64,000 bases of DNA from Patescibacteria group bacterium (GCA_041649475.1 JBAZNA010000001.1:456612-520611); one strand, 5' to 3'; shown: positions 31,795 to 41,326, numbered from the stretch's first letter. Numbers and translations: made by a program. Notes: generated from the sequence alone by a model not told the origin.

Positions 31795-32253
31795 CTATTC
31801 CACGAGTGGCACAACCTGCAGCCGGATGATTTCATCTAGTTTTGCGATATTACTGAACCATGGCAGTTTCAGGTCGGCGACCACTCGGAGCGCTTCAACG
31901 TCGTATTGCCTTGGGGATGTTTGGATCTGCCCCAATTTGTGAATATGGAGCAAGTCCGGAAACAATTCCCGCAAAGCTTTCAGACCGACAAGGAGTCGGA
32001 CACCATCCAGGATACGACGTGGCTGTGCAAGTTCACACAAGACATCCACGTAGCCCCGCTCGCTGTATTTGGCGAGAAACGCCGGTCCGATTGTGAGACG
32101 TTGCGCTCGGTTTGAAGGGTTGATACCCAGGCAGTGAGCCAGAGCATCGCCGATGTTGTGACTCGCATACCCTTCGAGATGTGAAATGAGCAGCTTTGCA
32201 ACTTCGGATTTTCCAGAACCGGAAGGTCCGGTCAAGATGATCAGTTTGTTCAT
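31795..32253 (-). CDS. small P-loop kinase-like ATP-binding protein (GC-richer gene)
   Basis: Walker A LTGPSGSGKSEV; AGGAGG ribosome-binding site before ATG at 32253; ~55% GC unlike the surroundings. Confidence 0.5.
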   Translation of the reverse strand: MNKLIILTGPSGSGKSEVAKLLISHLEGYASHNIGDALAHCLGINPSNRAQRLTIGPAFLAKYSERGYVDVLCELAQPRRILDGVRLLVGLKALRELFPDLLHIHKLGQIQTSPRQYDVEALRVVADLKLPWFSNIAKLDEIIRLQVVPLVE

Positions 32254-32325
32254 CTTTCCCCTCCTGCTTGAAAAGATCTTATAGAGTATCACTTAGTAAA
32301 AGTAATGTCAAAGATTGAGTGACAA

Positions 32326-32356
32326 AAGTTCCCACTTCGTCCCATGCACCCCGCAA
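32326..32356. repeat. 31-bp direct repeat copy 1 (AAGTTCCCACTTCGTCCCATGCACCCCGCAA)
   Basis: identical to 33309-33339. Confidence 0.8.
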
Positions 32357-32409
32357 GGTATTAAAGTCCTTCATTTGAGGAGCCCTGATCATGAAATGAT
32401 CGGGCTCTT

Positions 32410-33219
32410 TTAAGCACCATGACATTTTTTAAATTTTTTTGGTTTGCCATCATTTTTTTTCGCACCACACCAACAAGGATCATTGCGACCAATCTTTTTT
32501 TTGGAACCAGATTTTGTAGAAGGTTCCGATGGCTTTTTGCCTAGCCATATTGGACCAATAACACCGATAACTCCAGCCGGTATTTGCATTTTTAGTGAGG
32601 GATAATTAGGGATCAAAGTTTTTAACACCTCGTGGGTTATTTGCCGTATGGCTGCTAAATCGGCATCACCTACTGGAGACCGCGGATTCTGATTATCGTA
32701 AGATGTCCACCCTAATGAATTTTCATGCGCCAACTTCGCATACGCTTCATCTAATAGAGGATCTACATGAGCACCACCACCTTGGTCAGCAACAAAGAGA
32801 ATCAAGTCTTTTCTCGTAAATTCTTTACTGTAGCCATCCTTTATTACAATTTGATTCCACCATTCTGAGAAGGGTACTAACCTTCTAGAGTCATTAGGAT
32901 TCTGATCTAACCAGGGAACATATGAAGGATTCGCCCCTCCAGCCGGCACACCATAAAGACTGCAAAAAGGGCTAATCAACACTTTATCTGGAGGACTATA
33001 ACTCGTATCAAAAAAATTGGTATCTTTCTTGCCAATTTGACCCAAAACTGAATAGGAAAACTTGCTATCATGCAATAAAATGCGTAGGTCGAGTGCAAGA
33101 TAACGTGCATAGTCCCGTTCGCCCTGGTCGTATTTATTGCAGTGTCCCTGCATTGACTTTAATTTTTGCTCAAAAATTTTTAAAATGTCATCAGATTTTT
33201 GTGCTATTCTTGTTACCAT
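32410..33219 (-). CDS. SEC-C-motif protein with uncharacterised N-terminal domain
   Basis: C-terminal PCWCGAKKNDGKPKKFKKCHG equals the SecA C-terminal metal-binding (SEC-C) motif. Confidence 0.6.
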   Translation of the reverse strand: MVTRIAQKSDDILKIFEQKLKSMQGHCNKYDQGERDYARYLALDLRILLHDSKFSYSVLGQIGKKDTNFFDTSYSPPDKVLISPFCSLYGVPAGGANPSYVPWLDQNPNDSRRLVPFSEWWNQIVIKDGYSKEFTRKDLILFVADQGGGAHVDPLLDEAYAKLAHENSLGWTSYDNQNPRSPVGDADLAAIRQITHEVLKTLIPNYPSLKMQIPAGVIGVIGPIWLGKKPSEPSTKSGSKKKIGRNDPCWCGAKKNDGKPKKFKKCHGA

Positions 33220-33308
33220 AATTATTCTTTTGTTAATTCTCGTAAATATATGAGTAAAGTATACATCGACTTATTACCTAGTCAAGGATGTACACTTACT
33301 TAACCGCC

Positions 33309-33339
33309 AAGTTCCCACTTCGTCCCATGCACCCCGCAA
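33309..33339. repeat. 31-bp direct repeat copy 2, followed by a GNRA-loop hairpin
   Basis: identical 31-mer; downstream TTAAGGTAACC-GCAA-GGGCTACCTTAA. Confidence 0.8.
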
Positions 33340-33419
33340 ATTAAGGTAACCCGCAAGGGCTACCTTAATTTATATGGTTGCGGTATACTATAATCAGTTA
33401 ATTTTAATTTCCAATATAT

Positions 33420-34016
33420 ATGAAAAAAGGATATTGGTTTTGGCTTTTAATTTTAATCATATTAGGAACATTGGTTTTTTATCTTTACAAAAGTTCTAAC
33501 CCATCAGGCGAGCCGAGATCACCGGGAGAAGTTGCGCTAACAATAAAACGTACCGACGGCTTTCAGAATTGGACGAGCTTCCCGACAGCTCTGACCAATA
33601 TAGAACTCTTTGGTTTCACTTTTAATGCCACTTCAACTTTTAACGCAACATCCACCGTTGATGTGCTTATAAAAACCATCTCATTTAATACTTTTTCCAG
33701 CTCTACCCCACTAACAATTAATAATATCCGCAATATTCGTTTAATGTCAGACGGGGTTGTTTTGGGAAGTAAATCAACCATAACATCTTCTTTTGCTTTT
33801 AATGTTGACCTAACGATCCCCAAAGGTCAATATAAAAGTCTACAGTTGCGCGCCGATGCCGCACCTACAATCACTCCGGGTATTTTGCAATTTAAAATTT
33901 TTGATGTTGTGGCTCTTGACGGTCTTTTGGGGGGAAGAATTTCGGTGTTAAGATTACCTGATTTGGCTCCACTTTCTCCCGCAAATTCTTTAGATTCAAC
34001 TTCTTTTTACTTCTAA
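33420..34016 (+). CDS. hypothetical secreted/membrane-anchored protein
   Basis: N-terminal hydrophobic helix, Thr/Ser/Asn-rich. Confidence 0.45.
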   Translation: MKKGYWFWLLILIILGTLVFYLYKSSNPSGEPRSPGEVALTIKRTDGFQNWTSFPTALTNIELFGFTFNATSTFNATSTVDVLIKTISFNTFSSSTPLTINNIRNIRLMSDGVVLGSKSTITSSFAFNVDLTIPKGQYKSLQLRADAAPTITPGILQFKIFDVVALDGLLGGRISVLRLPDLAPLSPANSLDSTSFYF

Positions 34017-34048
34017 AATCTATAAAAATTTTAGCTTGATTTTCTTTT

Positions 34049-34080
34049 AAAAAAAGCCCCGCCTGACGACAGACGGGAAC
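34049..34080 (-). terminator. rho-independent terminator for the 34098-34493 gene
   Basis: CCCGTC/GGCGGG hairpin followed by T7 on the minus strand. Confidence 0.45.
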
Positions 34081-34097
34081 ATGGGGAAGGTGCGAGG

Positions 34098-34493
34098 TCA
34101 GCACTTGTAGATCACAACCGGGATGTCATACCACATCAGCGGAGTGCGCTGGTCAATCTGCCGCAAGTGGCGTTTGGCCAAAAGGATGGCCTTCTCCCAG
34201 TTGTCAATCCCCAGTTGGGGATAGGGATGGAACATGCAGAACTCCCCGCGATGTCCGCATCCTCTCGGGTACCCTTCGGCCATGTGTTCGTGCCTTTCAG
34301 CATAGGATTCCTCGTAACCGGGGCCCATGTTGTACTGCGCCAGGGCCGTGTTGAAGTAGAAGAAGAACTCCAGTCCGAGGCTCCGCGCGACCAACACCCC
34401 TTGGGTGATCTCCCGCACCTCCTCCAGGTGCTGCATGTGCATGGCACGGAAGTGGTTCTTCACTTCCTCAAGAATCTCTTGGGTTGTCATCAC
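34098..34493 (-). CDS. hypothetical protein (high-GC island 2)
   Basis: ORF in ~60% GC DNA. Confidence 0.45.
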   Translation of the reverse strand: MMTTQEILEEVKNHFRAMHMQHLEEVREITQGVLVARSLGLEFFFYFNTALAQYNMGPGYEESYAERHEHMAEGYPRGCGHRGEFCMFHPYPQLGIDNWEKAILLAKRHLRQIDQRTPLMWYDIPVVIYKC

Positions 34494-34665
34494 TGCCTCC
34501 TTTGTAGAGATTTAAACCGGATTATTTATCCCATTTTTTTGATTTTTTGTCAATCTCGCTGTAACTTCTTGACTACCGCCCGGTTATATGTTATCTTGTG
34601 AAGTTACCAAGGTTGGCAACCAACCGCGGCATGTTCGCGGTTTGCAACTTTAAGGAGGTATTGCG

Positions 34666-35214
34666 ATGATCGAGAAGACGGACGGAATGAAGAGGGTTGA
34701 TCTGACCTTTGCGCGTAATTGCCACCTCTGTGGCAAGCGGAGCGTTACCCGTTGGTGCCCGAATTGCACCAACAAGGCCATTTCGGCCGTTGCCACCGGT
34801 CAGATCGGAACGACCCAGCCGGGCGAGGAAATCAAACGCCTCCTGTCGCCCCCGCTGGAGATGCCGCTCAACGTTCTGATCCCGCGGCTCAACCAGCTGA
34901 TCGGCAGGCCGGTTGATCTCGAGCAGATGTTGTCCATGGAGGCCTCCTTTGAGCGCTTCGTGGACCAGCCGATGTTCAGTATGGGAGAGACGGGGCCGAC
35001 GGTAACACAAGATACCCACTCCTTCGTCGCTGACGACGGCGGGGTACCCGAAACCGTGCCGCCCGAAGTTCCTTCTGATGGCACGCGACGCTACGGCTCC
35101 AACTCCCAGCCGTTTCCGGTTGGGGTGAGCGGACCGCTCACCGCGGTTCACGTGGATGATGCGGCTGACGGCGGTGCTGTCATCACCACCATCATCCCGG
35201 GAGACAGCAGGTAG
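34666..35214 (+). CDS. hypothetical Zn-ribbon protein, paralog A (FARNCHLCG...RWCPNC...LLSPPLEMP...PMF)
   Basis: ribosome-binding site AAGGAGG; shares motif set with 36037-36576. Confidence 0.5.
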   Translation: MIEKTDGMKRVDLTFARNCHLCGKRSVTRWCPNCTNKAISAVATGQIGTTQPGEEIKRLLSPPLEMPLNVLIPRLNQLIGRPVDLEQMLSMEASFERFVDQPMFSMGETGPTVTQDTHSFVADDGGVPETVPPEVPSDGTRRYGSNSQPFPVGVSGPLTAVHVDDAADGGAVITTIIPGDSR

Positions 35215-35299
35215 TTCGTTTCGTTGCCCTTTTTCCGAGTGCGCCCGCAGAGACCGTTTTTACAGGTCTCCTGGGCGCTTCTTTTTTTAATTAAAATTT

Positions 35300-35536
35300 T
35301 TATTTTGCGTTGGACAATATTTTTTTAATTCCTTCCCAGAGCATGTTGCCATAGCCGACGATGCGGTCGTTTACCACCAGTGCCGGAACTCCGCGCACGT
35401 TGTAGTACATAATCTCGCTGATCTTTGAGACCTTTTCAACAGGAACGTCTTTGTTAAGCTGTCTAAGCGCGTATTTAACATTGTCTTCCAGCTTCTGATA
35501 ATCCGGATGGCCGAAACCTAGAATTTTTATGGTCAT
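35300..35536 (-). CDS. thioredoxin-fold small protein lacking the CxxC motif
   Basis: length and pattern MTIKILGFG...GVPALVVNDRIV resemble the Thioredoxin_3 family but contain no cysteines; AT-rich unlike flanks. Confidence 0.35.
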   Translation of the reverse strand: MTIKILGFGHPDYQKLEDNVKYALRQLNKDVPVEKVSKISEIMYYNVRGVPALVVNDRIVGYGNMLWEGIKKILSNAK

Positions 35537-35707
35537 AGTTTGCAGTTAAATGTAGTTAAATATTATACCATTTTAGTAGGAGTTTATATAATCATTATAA
35601 CATTGACTTTTAAAAAAGCAAGTGGTAATGTTCTATGTTGCGAAAACAACAACCGATCCGTCGGCAAAAAGCCGCGGATCAAGCCACTTTTACGAGGAGG
35701 CAAGGGT

Positions 35708-36026
35708 CATGAGAGACAATTACAATCGTAGTGTGACAGTCGGGCTTCTCCCACAGTCGGAGGAAGATGCAGATCAGTTGGAGCTGACGGCGATGAAGTT
35801 CCTCAAGCAGATCCACATCATCATGTCGCCCGAGGAGCTCATCGCTATGATGGACAAGCACCTGGGCGTGAAGATCTCGTTTCCGCTGGCTTGGAACGCC
35901 TTCGTCCTGTTCCGCAAGCGGCAGGAGGAGGAGAAGAAGAAGGAGGACGCCGTTCCGACGGCCAGCATGCGCGAGATCACCCTGAAGTTCGGGAAGTGGC
36001 CGAGGGACAAGCAGGACAAGCAGTAG
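35708..36026 (+). CDS. hypothetical protein ending WPRDKQDKQ
   Basis: GAGGAGG ribosome-binding site before ATG at 35708. Confidence 0.45.
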
Positions 36027-36036
36027 GAGGCCAGCC

Positions 36037-36576
36037 ATGGCGCCAGGCATGGATTTCGCTTTCGCCCGCAGATGCCATATCTGCGGTGGCGGCAAGGGCA
36101 GACAGTTCATCCTCCGCTGGTGCCCCAGCTGCATAGAGACCTATGGTGAAGGTCGCCGGCCGGTCTTTGAGATGACCGAGACGGAAAGAAATCAGGAGTT
36201 GGCATTGCTCCTGTCTCCGCCCTACGAGATCCCGTTCGCTTACATCATCCGCAGAGTCATGGAACTCAAGGGTGAGACGATGGACTTCGCTGATGTCTGT
36301 CTGTTGGAAGGTCAGCTGGAGTCCGGGCACGACCGGCCCATGTTCGTCTGGCCGCCCAATACGGCCAGGACCAAGGTCGTGGTGGAGCAGGAGGAAATCG
36401 TTGAACTCACGGGCGGTCATCGCCAGCAAGTGGAAACGCTTCGGGGCGTGCCCCATGTGCCGATTCTGAAGGAACCGCCTTCAGACGGGGAAGATGCTGT
36501 GCCGACATCCGCTGGTCCGTACGACATAACCATGCCGCACGGGCCGTGGCCGAGGGACAAGAAGCCGGCCAGGTAA
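36037..36576 (+). CDS. hypothetical Zn-ribbon protein, paralog B (FARRCHICGGG...RWCPSC...LLSPPYEIP...PMF...WPRDKK)
   Basis: motif-for-motif similarity to 34666-35214; ribosome-binding site AGTAGGAGGCCAG. Confidence 0.5.
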   Translation: MAPGMDFAFARRCHICGGGKGRQFILRWCPSCIETYGEGRRPVFEMTETERNQELALLLSPPYEIPFAYIIRRVMELKGETMDFADVCLLEGQLESGHDRPMFVWPPNTARTKVVVEQEEIVELTGGHRQQVETLRGVPHVPILKEPPSDGEDAVPTSAGPYDITMPHGPWPRDKKPAR

Positions 36577-36612
36577 GCCGGCCAGGTAAAAAAGAAGTAG
36601 GAGGCCAGTCAT

Positions 36613-36657
36613 GGCGCCGAGGGATTGAGCTTGCTCTCCCCGGCGCCCATTTTTTTA
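36613..36657 (+). terminator. rho-independent terminator closing high-GC island 2
   Basis: GGCGCCGAGGG...CCCCGGCGCC hairpin plus T7. Confidence 0.6.
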
Positions 36658-36830
36658 AACAATTTTTTTAACAAAAAAAGATCCCGACAATGTTTGGTAA
36701 AAGGAAGGAAGCGAAGGAGGGTACGTTTCCTCCAGATACCAAACATTCTCGGGACCTTATCTGGAATTTATCAATTTTATATGCCTATTATACCTTTTTT
36801 TCAGAATTTGTCAAGAGCAACCGCTGTGGA

Positions 36831-37175
36831 CTATTTGGCCGCTTCGGCAATTTTAGCGAAAATAGCCGGATGATCAGCCGCCAGTATGGACAACACCTTT
36901 CTGTCTATAACAATACCTTTTTTCTTTAAGTTGCCGATAAACTTGCTGTAGCTCAAGCCGTATTCGCGTATAGCGGCGTTGATGCGCAGTTGCCACAAAC
37001 CGCGGTTAATGCGCTTTTTTAATTTGCGGTCGGTAAAAGCATATTGACCGGCTTTGTATTTGGCCACCTTGGCTAATTTGATTTTTGATTTTCTGCCCCA
37101 GCGAAAGCCCTTGGTATGTTTGAGGATTCCGCGTCTGCGTTTGGCGTGGAGCATGCCACCCTTAATTCTTGTCAT
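36831..37175 (-). CDS. rplT: 50S ribosomal protein L20
   Basis: MTRIKGG...HAKRRRGILK...WQLRINAA... typical L20. Confidence 0.9.
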   Translation of the reverse strand: MTRIKGGMLHAKRRRGILKHTKGFRWGRKSKIKLAKVAKYKAGQYAFTDRKLKKRINRGLWQLRINAAIREYGLSYSKFIGNLKKKGIVIDRKVLSILAADHPAIFAKIAEAAK

Positions 37176-37206
37176 ATAACAGTCGCGCTTATATAAATAA
37201 AATAAT

Positions 37207-37401
37207 TTAGTTTGGTAAATTTATTTCCATGACTTTGTTCCATGATTTGCTCATCACTAAATCCCGTTTTTTGTTTCTGCCGGCCTTGCCGGTGTCTCTG
37301 GAATTAAAATGATTTTGTCCGGCCCGGCGTTTTAAAATTTTTCCGGTCTTGGTGATTTGGAATCTTTTTGACAGGGCCTTGTGTGTTTTTAATTTTGGCA
37401 T
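37207..37401 (-). CDS. rpmI: 50S ribosomal protein L35
   Basis: [24 protein letters not shown] typical L35; operon position. Confidence 0.85.
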   Translation of the reverse strand: MPKLKTHKALSKRFQITKTGKILKRRAGQNHFNSRDTGKAGRNKKRDLVMSKSWNKVMEINLPN

Positions 37402-37402
37402 A

Positions 37403-37948
37403 TTATTTTTTCGCGATAATCGCGGTTACTTTATTAAATTGCACCTCAATTTCCTGGTCTAAGCGCACAGGGAGCGTGCTGTTTACGTCTTTTATAAAAT
37501 TATCAACAACTGTTCGGGCCATGGGCTTTTGTTGCATTTCCCGGCCGCGCAGAATTATTTCAATCTTCACTTTGTCGCCTTCATTTAAAAATTTGATGGA
37601 TTGATTTTTGCGGATTTCTAAATCGTGCGCGCCGATGCGCAGTGACAACCTCACACCTTTAACTTCGGTGACATGGGCGTGGGCCACCTTTAGCCGTTCT
37701 TCTTTTTCCTGTTGATATCTGAATTGGCCGAAATCAATTAATCTGGCAACCGGCGGTTCGGTTTTGGGATTTATTAAAACCAGGTCAAGTTCTTGTTCTC
37801 TGGCAATGCGTACGGCTTCGGCGGTTTTCATTACGCCTAAATTTCCGCCGGCGTTATCCAAAACCAAAACTTCCGGAGCAGAGATGCCCTCGTTATGAAA
37901 AAAAATCTTTTTCGGTTCTGGTTTGTGTTTTTTGTGCGAAATGCGCAT
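37403..37948 (-). CDS. infC: translation initiation factor IF-3
   Basis: N- and C-domain pattern (EVLVLD...G..LGVM...A...LDLVLI...P.A.L.D.G.F.Y...) and infC-rpmI-rplT order. Confidence 0.9.
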   Translation of the reverse strand: MRISHKKHKPEPKKIFFHNEGISAPEVLVLDNAGGNLGVMKTAEAVRIAREQELDLVLINPKTEPPVARLIDFGQFRYQQEKEERLKVAHAHVTEVKGVRLSLRIGAHDLEIRKNQSIKFLNEGDKVKIEIILRGREMQQKPMARTVVDNFIKDVNSTLPVRLDQEIEVQFNKVTAIIAKK

Positions 37949-37952
37949 AGCT

Positions 37953-38347
37953 TGGTGGAGGTGGCGAGAGTTGAACTCGCGTCTAGATAACCTTGACTAA
38001 ACCTTCTACATACTTAGTGTCCCTTGTTGTTTCGCCAGCGCGATAGAAGGGAACTAAAATTGCGCTGACTATCCGTGCTTTATTTCGCTTGGCCCCAGGC
38101 GGAGAAAGAGCCAAACTACTCCCGGTGAGTGACACCGCTTTCAGTTACCGGGTGTAGCTGGAGCGATGGGCTAAAGCAATTAAGCTAAAGCCGGAGCTAA
38201 ATTGAAGGCACCAAACATGTTGGCGACAGCAACCTTAGCTTTTGATAATAAGTTGGCACTTATTAGTTTTGCTCCACTATTTACGAGGCCGGAGCCGCCT
38301 CGGTATGCCAGTTTAGCCGTAAGCTTCTATCAAAGCCCGGCACCCCC
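37953..38347 (-). ncRNA. ssrA: tmRNA (ssrA), approximate ends
   Basis: minus-strand 3' end GCGAGTTCAACTCTCGCCACCTCCACCA (T-arm plus encoded CCA); 5' GGGGGUG forming a 7-bp acceptor with G3:U70; internal tag ORF ...FNLAPALA-stop; adjacent to smpB. Confidence 0.6.
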
Positions 38348-38782
38348 CTTTTTGGCTTTTTCTATTTCTCGTTTAAGATATTTTTTCTTGATAGCTTCGC
38401 GTTTGTCGTATTTGTGTTTGCCGCGCGCTACTGCTATCTCAATCTTCACGAGACGGCCTTTAATATACACCGAAAGTGGCACTATTGTCAAGCCCTTTTC
38501 TAAAGATTTTTCTTGTAAATAAGCGATTTCTTTTTTTCGCAGTAATAATTTGCGGCTGCGAGTCGGGTCATATTCAAGCAGGGGACCGGCCGGTTTGTAT
38601 CTGGCAATATGCATATTTGTGACATAGGCCTCGTTACCGTGAAACGTCACATACGTTCCTTTTAAGTTGATTTGGCCGTCTTTGGCTGATTTTGTTTCCT
38701 GTCCGGACAACACTAAACCGGCCTGATATTTTTCCAGGATTTCATAATCAAACAATGCTTTTTTGTTTTCAGCTAAAGACAT
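38330..38782 (-). CDS. smpB: SsrA-binding protein SmpB
   Basis: G.TYVTFHGNEAY..N.HIA.Y..........DP.R.RKLLL...EI and basic C-tail. Confidence 0.85.
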   Translation of the reverse strand: MSLAENKKALFDYEILEKYQAGLVLSGQETKSAKDGQINLKGTYVTFHGNEAYVTNMHIARYKPAGPLLEYDPTRSRKLLLRKKEIAYLQEKSLEKGLTIVPLSVYIKGRLVKIEIAVARGKHKYDKREAIKKKYLKREIEKAKKGGAGL

Positions 38783-38858
38783 ATTGTTAAAATTTTACCA
38801 TAAAAACTCATGAATTGCAATTTGGCGCTTTTTGTGATATAATCATATAAAATATTCT

Positions 38859-39650
38859 ATGCGTAAAACTATTTCACTTCATCCCAAACTGGTGGCCGTG
38901 GTTGATGGAATAATCAACATTGGCATGTTGTGGTGGCTATCGCTGGTTACTTCCTGGTGGATGGTAGGAATCTGGATTTTGGTTCTCCTGCTGATTTGGG
39001 GACTGCTCATGTATCTAATGTATTATCCGCCTGAATTCAGCAAAGTGCGGCATTTGTTGTCTTTGGTTTTTTTTAGTTTGGGCATGGCGTCTTTTCTTCT
39101 CTTTATAGAATGGCAACTGGCTTGGCTGCTCGTCGGGGCATGTTTTTTAATATTTAACTATTTCAGTTTCTGGCTCATACCGGCTTCCAACGTGGCCATC
39201 TCTCCGTTTATGAAACCCAACACGCGCTGGCGTTTTATAATGTCGGTTCTGGGGCTGGCCGGAATTTTTGTGGGCATGGAAGCAGTCATCGCTTTTCAGC
39301 TGATATATATTACAACCAATTGGCTTTGGATTTTTCTCGTATCCGTGGCCGCGACTTTTATGGCCGGCTGGTGGTGGAATGAATACGGTTTTCCTTTTGA
39401 TAAAAAATTCTGGCTTAATATCTTGCTGTGGTTTGTGCTGATGATGGAATTGCTTTGGATCGTCCAATTATTACCCATGGGATACCTGGTGAGCGGTTTG
39501 GTTTTAATTTGGTGCTGGTATATTTTGTGGCTTTTGGTCAGGTTCAATATGTCGCCGGAAGGGATAGATTGGAAAAAACAGCTTTGGTTTTTGGGAGTCA
39601 ACGCGGTTTTATTTATTAGTTTTTTAATTTTTGCCGTTAAATGGCGTTAA
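38859..39650 (+). CDS. Trp-rich polytopic membrane protein, hypothetical
   Basis: about 8 hydrophobic segments. Confidence 0.5.
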   Translation: MRKTISLHPKLVAVVDGIINIGMLWWLSLVTSWWMVGIWILVLLLIWGLLMYLMYYPPEFSKVRHLLSLVFFSLGMASFLLFIEWQLAWLLVGACFLIFNYFSFWLIPASNVAISPFMKPNTRWRFIMSVLGLAGIFVGMEAVIAFQLIYITTNWLWIFLVSVAATFMAGWWWNEYGFPFDKKFWLNILLWFVLMMELLWIVQLLPMGYLVSGLVLIWCWYILWLLVRFNMSPEGIDWKKQLWFLGVNAVLFISFLIFAVKWR

Positions 39651-39653
39651 ATT

Positions 39654-40700
39654 ATGTTTCCTCCTCATTTGCCGCCAAAATCATCCAGCATTTCCAGCCA
39701 TAAACGCTGGCAGAGAATAAAAATGTTATTGGGCATGGTCGCGCTTTGTGTTTTTGTCGGCTTGTGCGGAGCGGCCATCATGGTCGGCTGGATCTGGCCC
39801 AATTACGGCGCCGGCGATATTTGGATTTCTTCTTACACCCGTCCGGCCATATCAAGCATTCAGCTTGATACCAGAATACGCGATGAGATTTCTTTGCGTA
39901 TTGTGGCTGTGTATAAATCCGAAGCCAGTTTAAGCGGTATCAATTATTTAAGACAGCCGCTCGGTTCGGCGGTGATGGTAGGTTCAGACGGCTGGGCAGC
40001 CATGTATTTGCCGGATTATGACGGAAATTTTAAAGGCATGTCCGTGTTGACGCAGAACGGGCAGGTCTATCAATTTGAAAATGGCCTGCTGGATAAATAT
40101 TCCGGTGTTGTTTATTTAAAAATAAAAGGCGGCCAGTTTGAGGTGGTTAATTTCAGCAGTTCAATTTCCGCGAATGACGAAGTTTTCGCGTTTAACAACA
40201 ATAACTGGAACCCCGCTTATGTCAAATATGGAATAACCGGCGATTATGGTTTGCCTCATTTAGACAGCGCCCCTTATTTAACCTATCTGCTGGATACCAA
40301 TTTTCAAGCCGGCAGTATTATTATAGACGCTCAAGGCCGGGTAGCCGGATTTATCAGAAAAGACAGTACCTTACTGCCAAGCAGTTACATAACCAGGGTG
40401 CTGGCAAGAGTTTTAAGCCAGCAATTGGTTTCCTATCCGTCTCTCGGGGTTGAGGGTTGGTACAGTGACGAACAGCCGATCGTGGTGGGATCCGCCAGCG
40501 TGAAAGGATTTGGCGTCACCAGAGTTTTATCCGCGGAGAGCGTTTTGAAGAAAGGCGATATCATTTTAACAATCAACGGCCGCGTTGCTGACCCGGCCAA
40601 TTTGTGGTATACTGTCAGCAACAATTCAACTGCTCGCCTGCAAGTTTCGCGCGCCGGAAAAACAATTAACCTTGAAACAAAAATTTTTGAAATTAAGTAA
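39654..40700 (+). CDS. membrane-anchored HtrA-family-like protein with C-terminal PDZ domain (protease active site uncertain)
   Basis: N-terminal TM helix; C-terminal PDZ-like segment GDIILTINGRVA...; no clear GNSGG Ser motif. Confidence 0.4.
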   Translation: MFPPHLPPKSSSISSHKRWQRIKMLLGMVALCVFVGLCGAAIMVGWIWPNYGAGDIWISSYTRPAISSIQLDTRIRDEISLRIVAVYKSEASLSGINYLRQPLGSAVMVGSDGWAAMYLPDYDGNFKGMSVLTQNGQVYQFENGLLDKYSGVVYLKIKGGQFEVVNFSSSISANDEVFAFNNNNWNPAYVKYGITGDYGLPHLDSAPYLTYLLDTNFQAGSIIIDAQGRVAGFIRKDSTLLPSSYITRVLARVLSQQLVSYPSLGVEGWYSDEQPIVVGSASVKGFGVTRVLSAESVLKKGDIILTINGRVADPANLWYTVSNNSTARLQVSRAGKTINLETKIFEIK

Positions 40701-40708
40701 TTAATTTT

Positions 40709-41317
40709 ATGTGGCATCTTCTTCTCAAGCACTATAAACTCATAATCGTGTGGGGGGTTGTTATCGCCGTGGCGTCTGCCGGCGTTAGTTTTTTATTCCC
40801 CAGGCAGTATAGCGCCAACAGCCAGGTTCTGATAATTTCTAAAAATCGCACCGGCGTGGATCCGTATACCCAGGCCAAATCAGCCGAAACCATCGGCACC
40901 AATTTGGTGCAGGTTTTAAAAACCACTGATTTTTATAACAAGGTAATGCAGTATCCGGGCATTTCTTTTGACAAAGGCCGCTGGTTAAATTTAACGGATC
41001 GCAAACAGCGCAAGCAATGGTCAAAAGACGTGGTGGCCACGATGGTCTACGGCACCGGGTTGATGAATATCACGGCCTACAGCAACAGCCAAAACGACGC
41101 TGTTAATTTATCCAGCGCCGTCACCCAGGTGATGTCCAGCGAGGGTTGGCAGTATGTCGGCGGCGATGTTGATATCAAAGCCGTGAGCACGCCTCTGGCT
41201 TCAGTTCTGCCGGCCCGTCCCAATTTTATTTTAAACTTCGTGCTTGGATTTTTAGTCGGCGCTTTGATTTCCAGCTTGTGGGTGATGAGATATAAAAAAC
41301 ATTTGTTTGGGAATTAA
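40709..41317 (+). CDS. Wzz-like polysaccharide chain-length determinant domain protein
   Basis: N-terminal TM helix then P.QYSANSQVLI segment typical of Wzz N-domains; C-terminal TM helix. Confidence 0.4.
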   Translation: MWHLLLKHYKLIIVWGVVIAVASAGVSFLFPRQYSANSQVLIISKNRTGVDPYTQAKSAETIGTNLVQVLKTTDFYNKVMQYPGISFDKGRWLNLTDRKQRKQWSKDVVATMVYGTGLMNITAYSNSQNDAVNLSSAVTQVMSSEGWQYVGGDVDIKAVSTPLASVLPARPNFILNFVLGFLVGALISSLWVMRYKKHLFGN

Positions 41318-41326
41318 TAGATTTCT

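Noticed and set aside
36625-36929. two ~80-aa plus-strand ORFs between the island terminator and rplT
   Set aside because: They overlap the rplT 3' end and terminator, with no ribosome-binding site. Likely intergenic or UTR.
38202-38522. 106-aa plus-strand ORF
   Set aside because: Lies entirely inside the tmRNA gene and smpB 3' end on the opposite strand. No ribosome-binding site.
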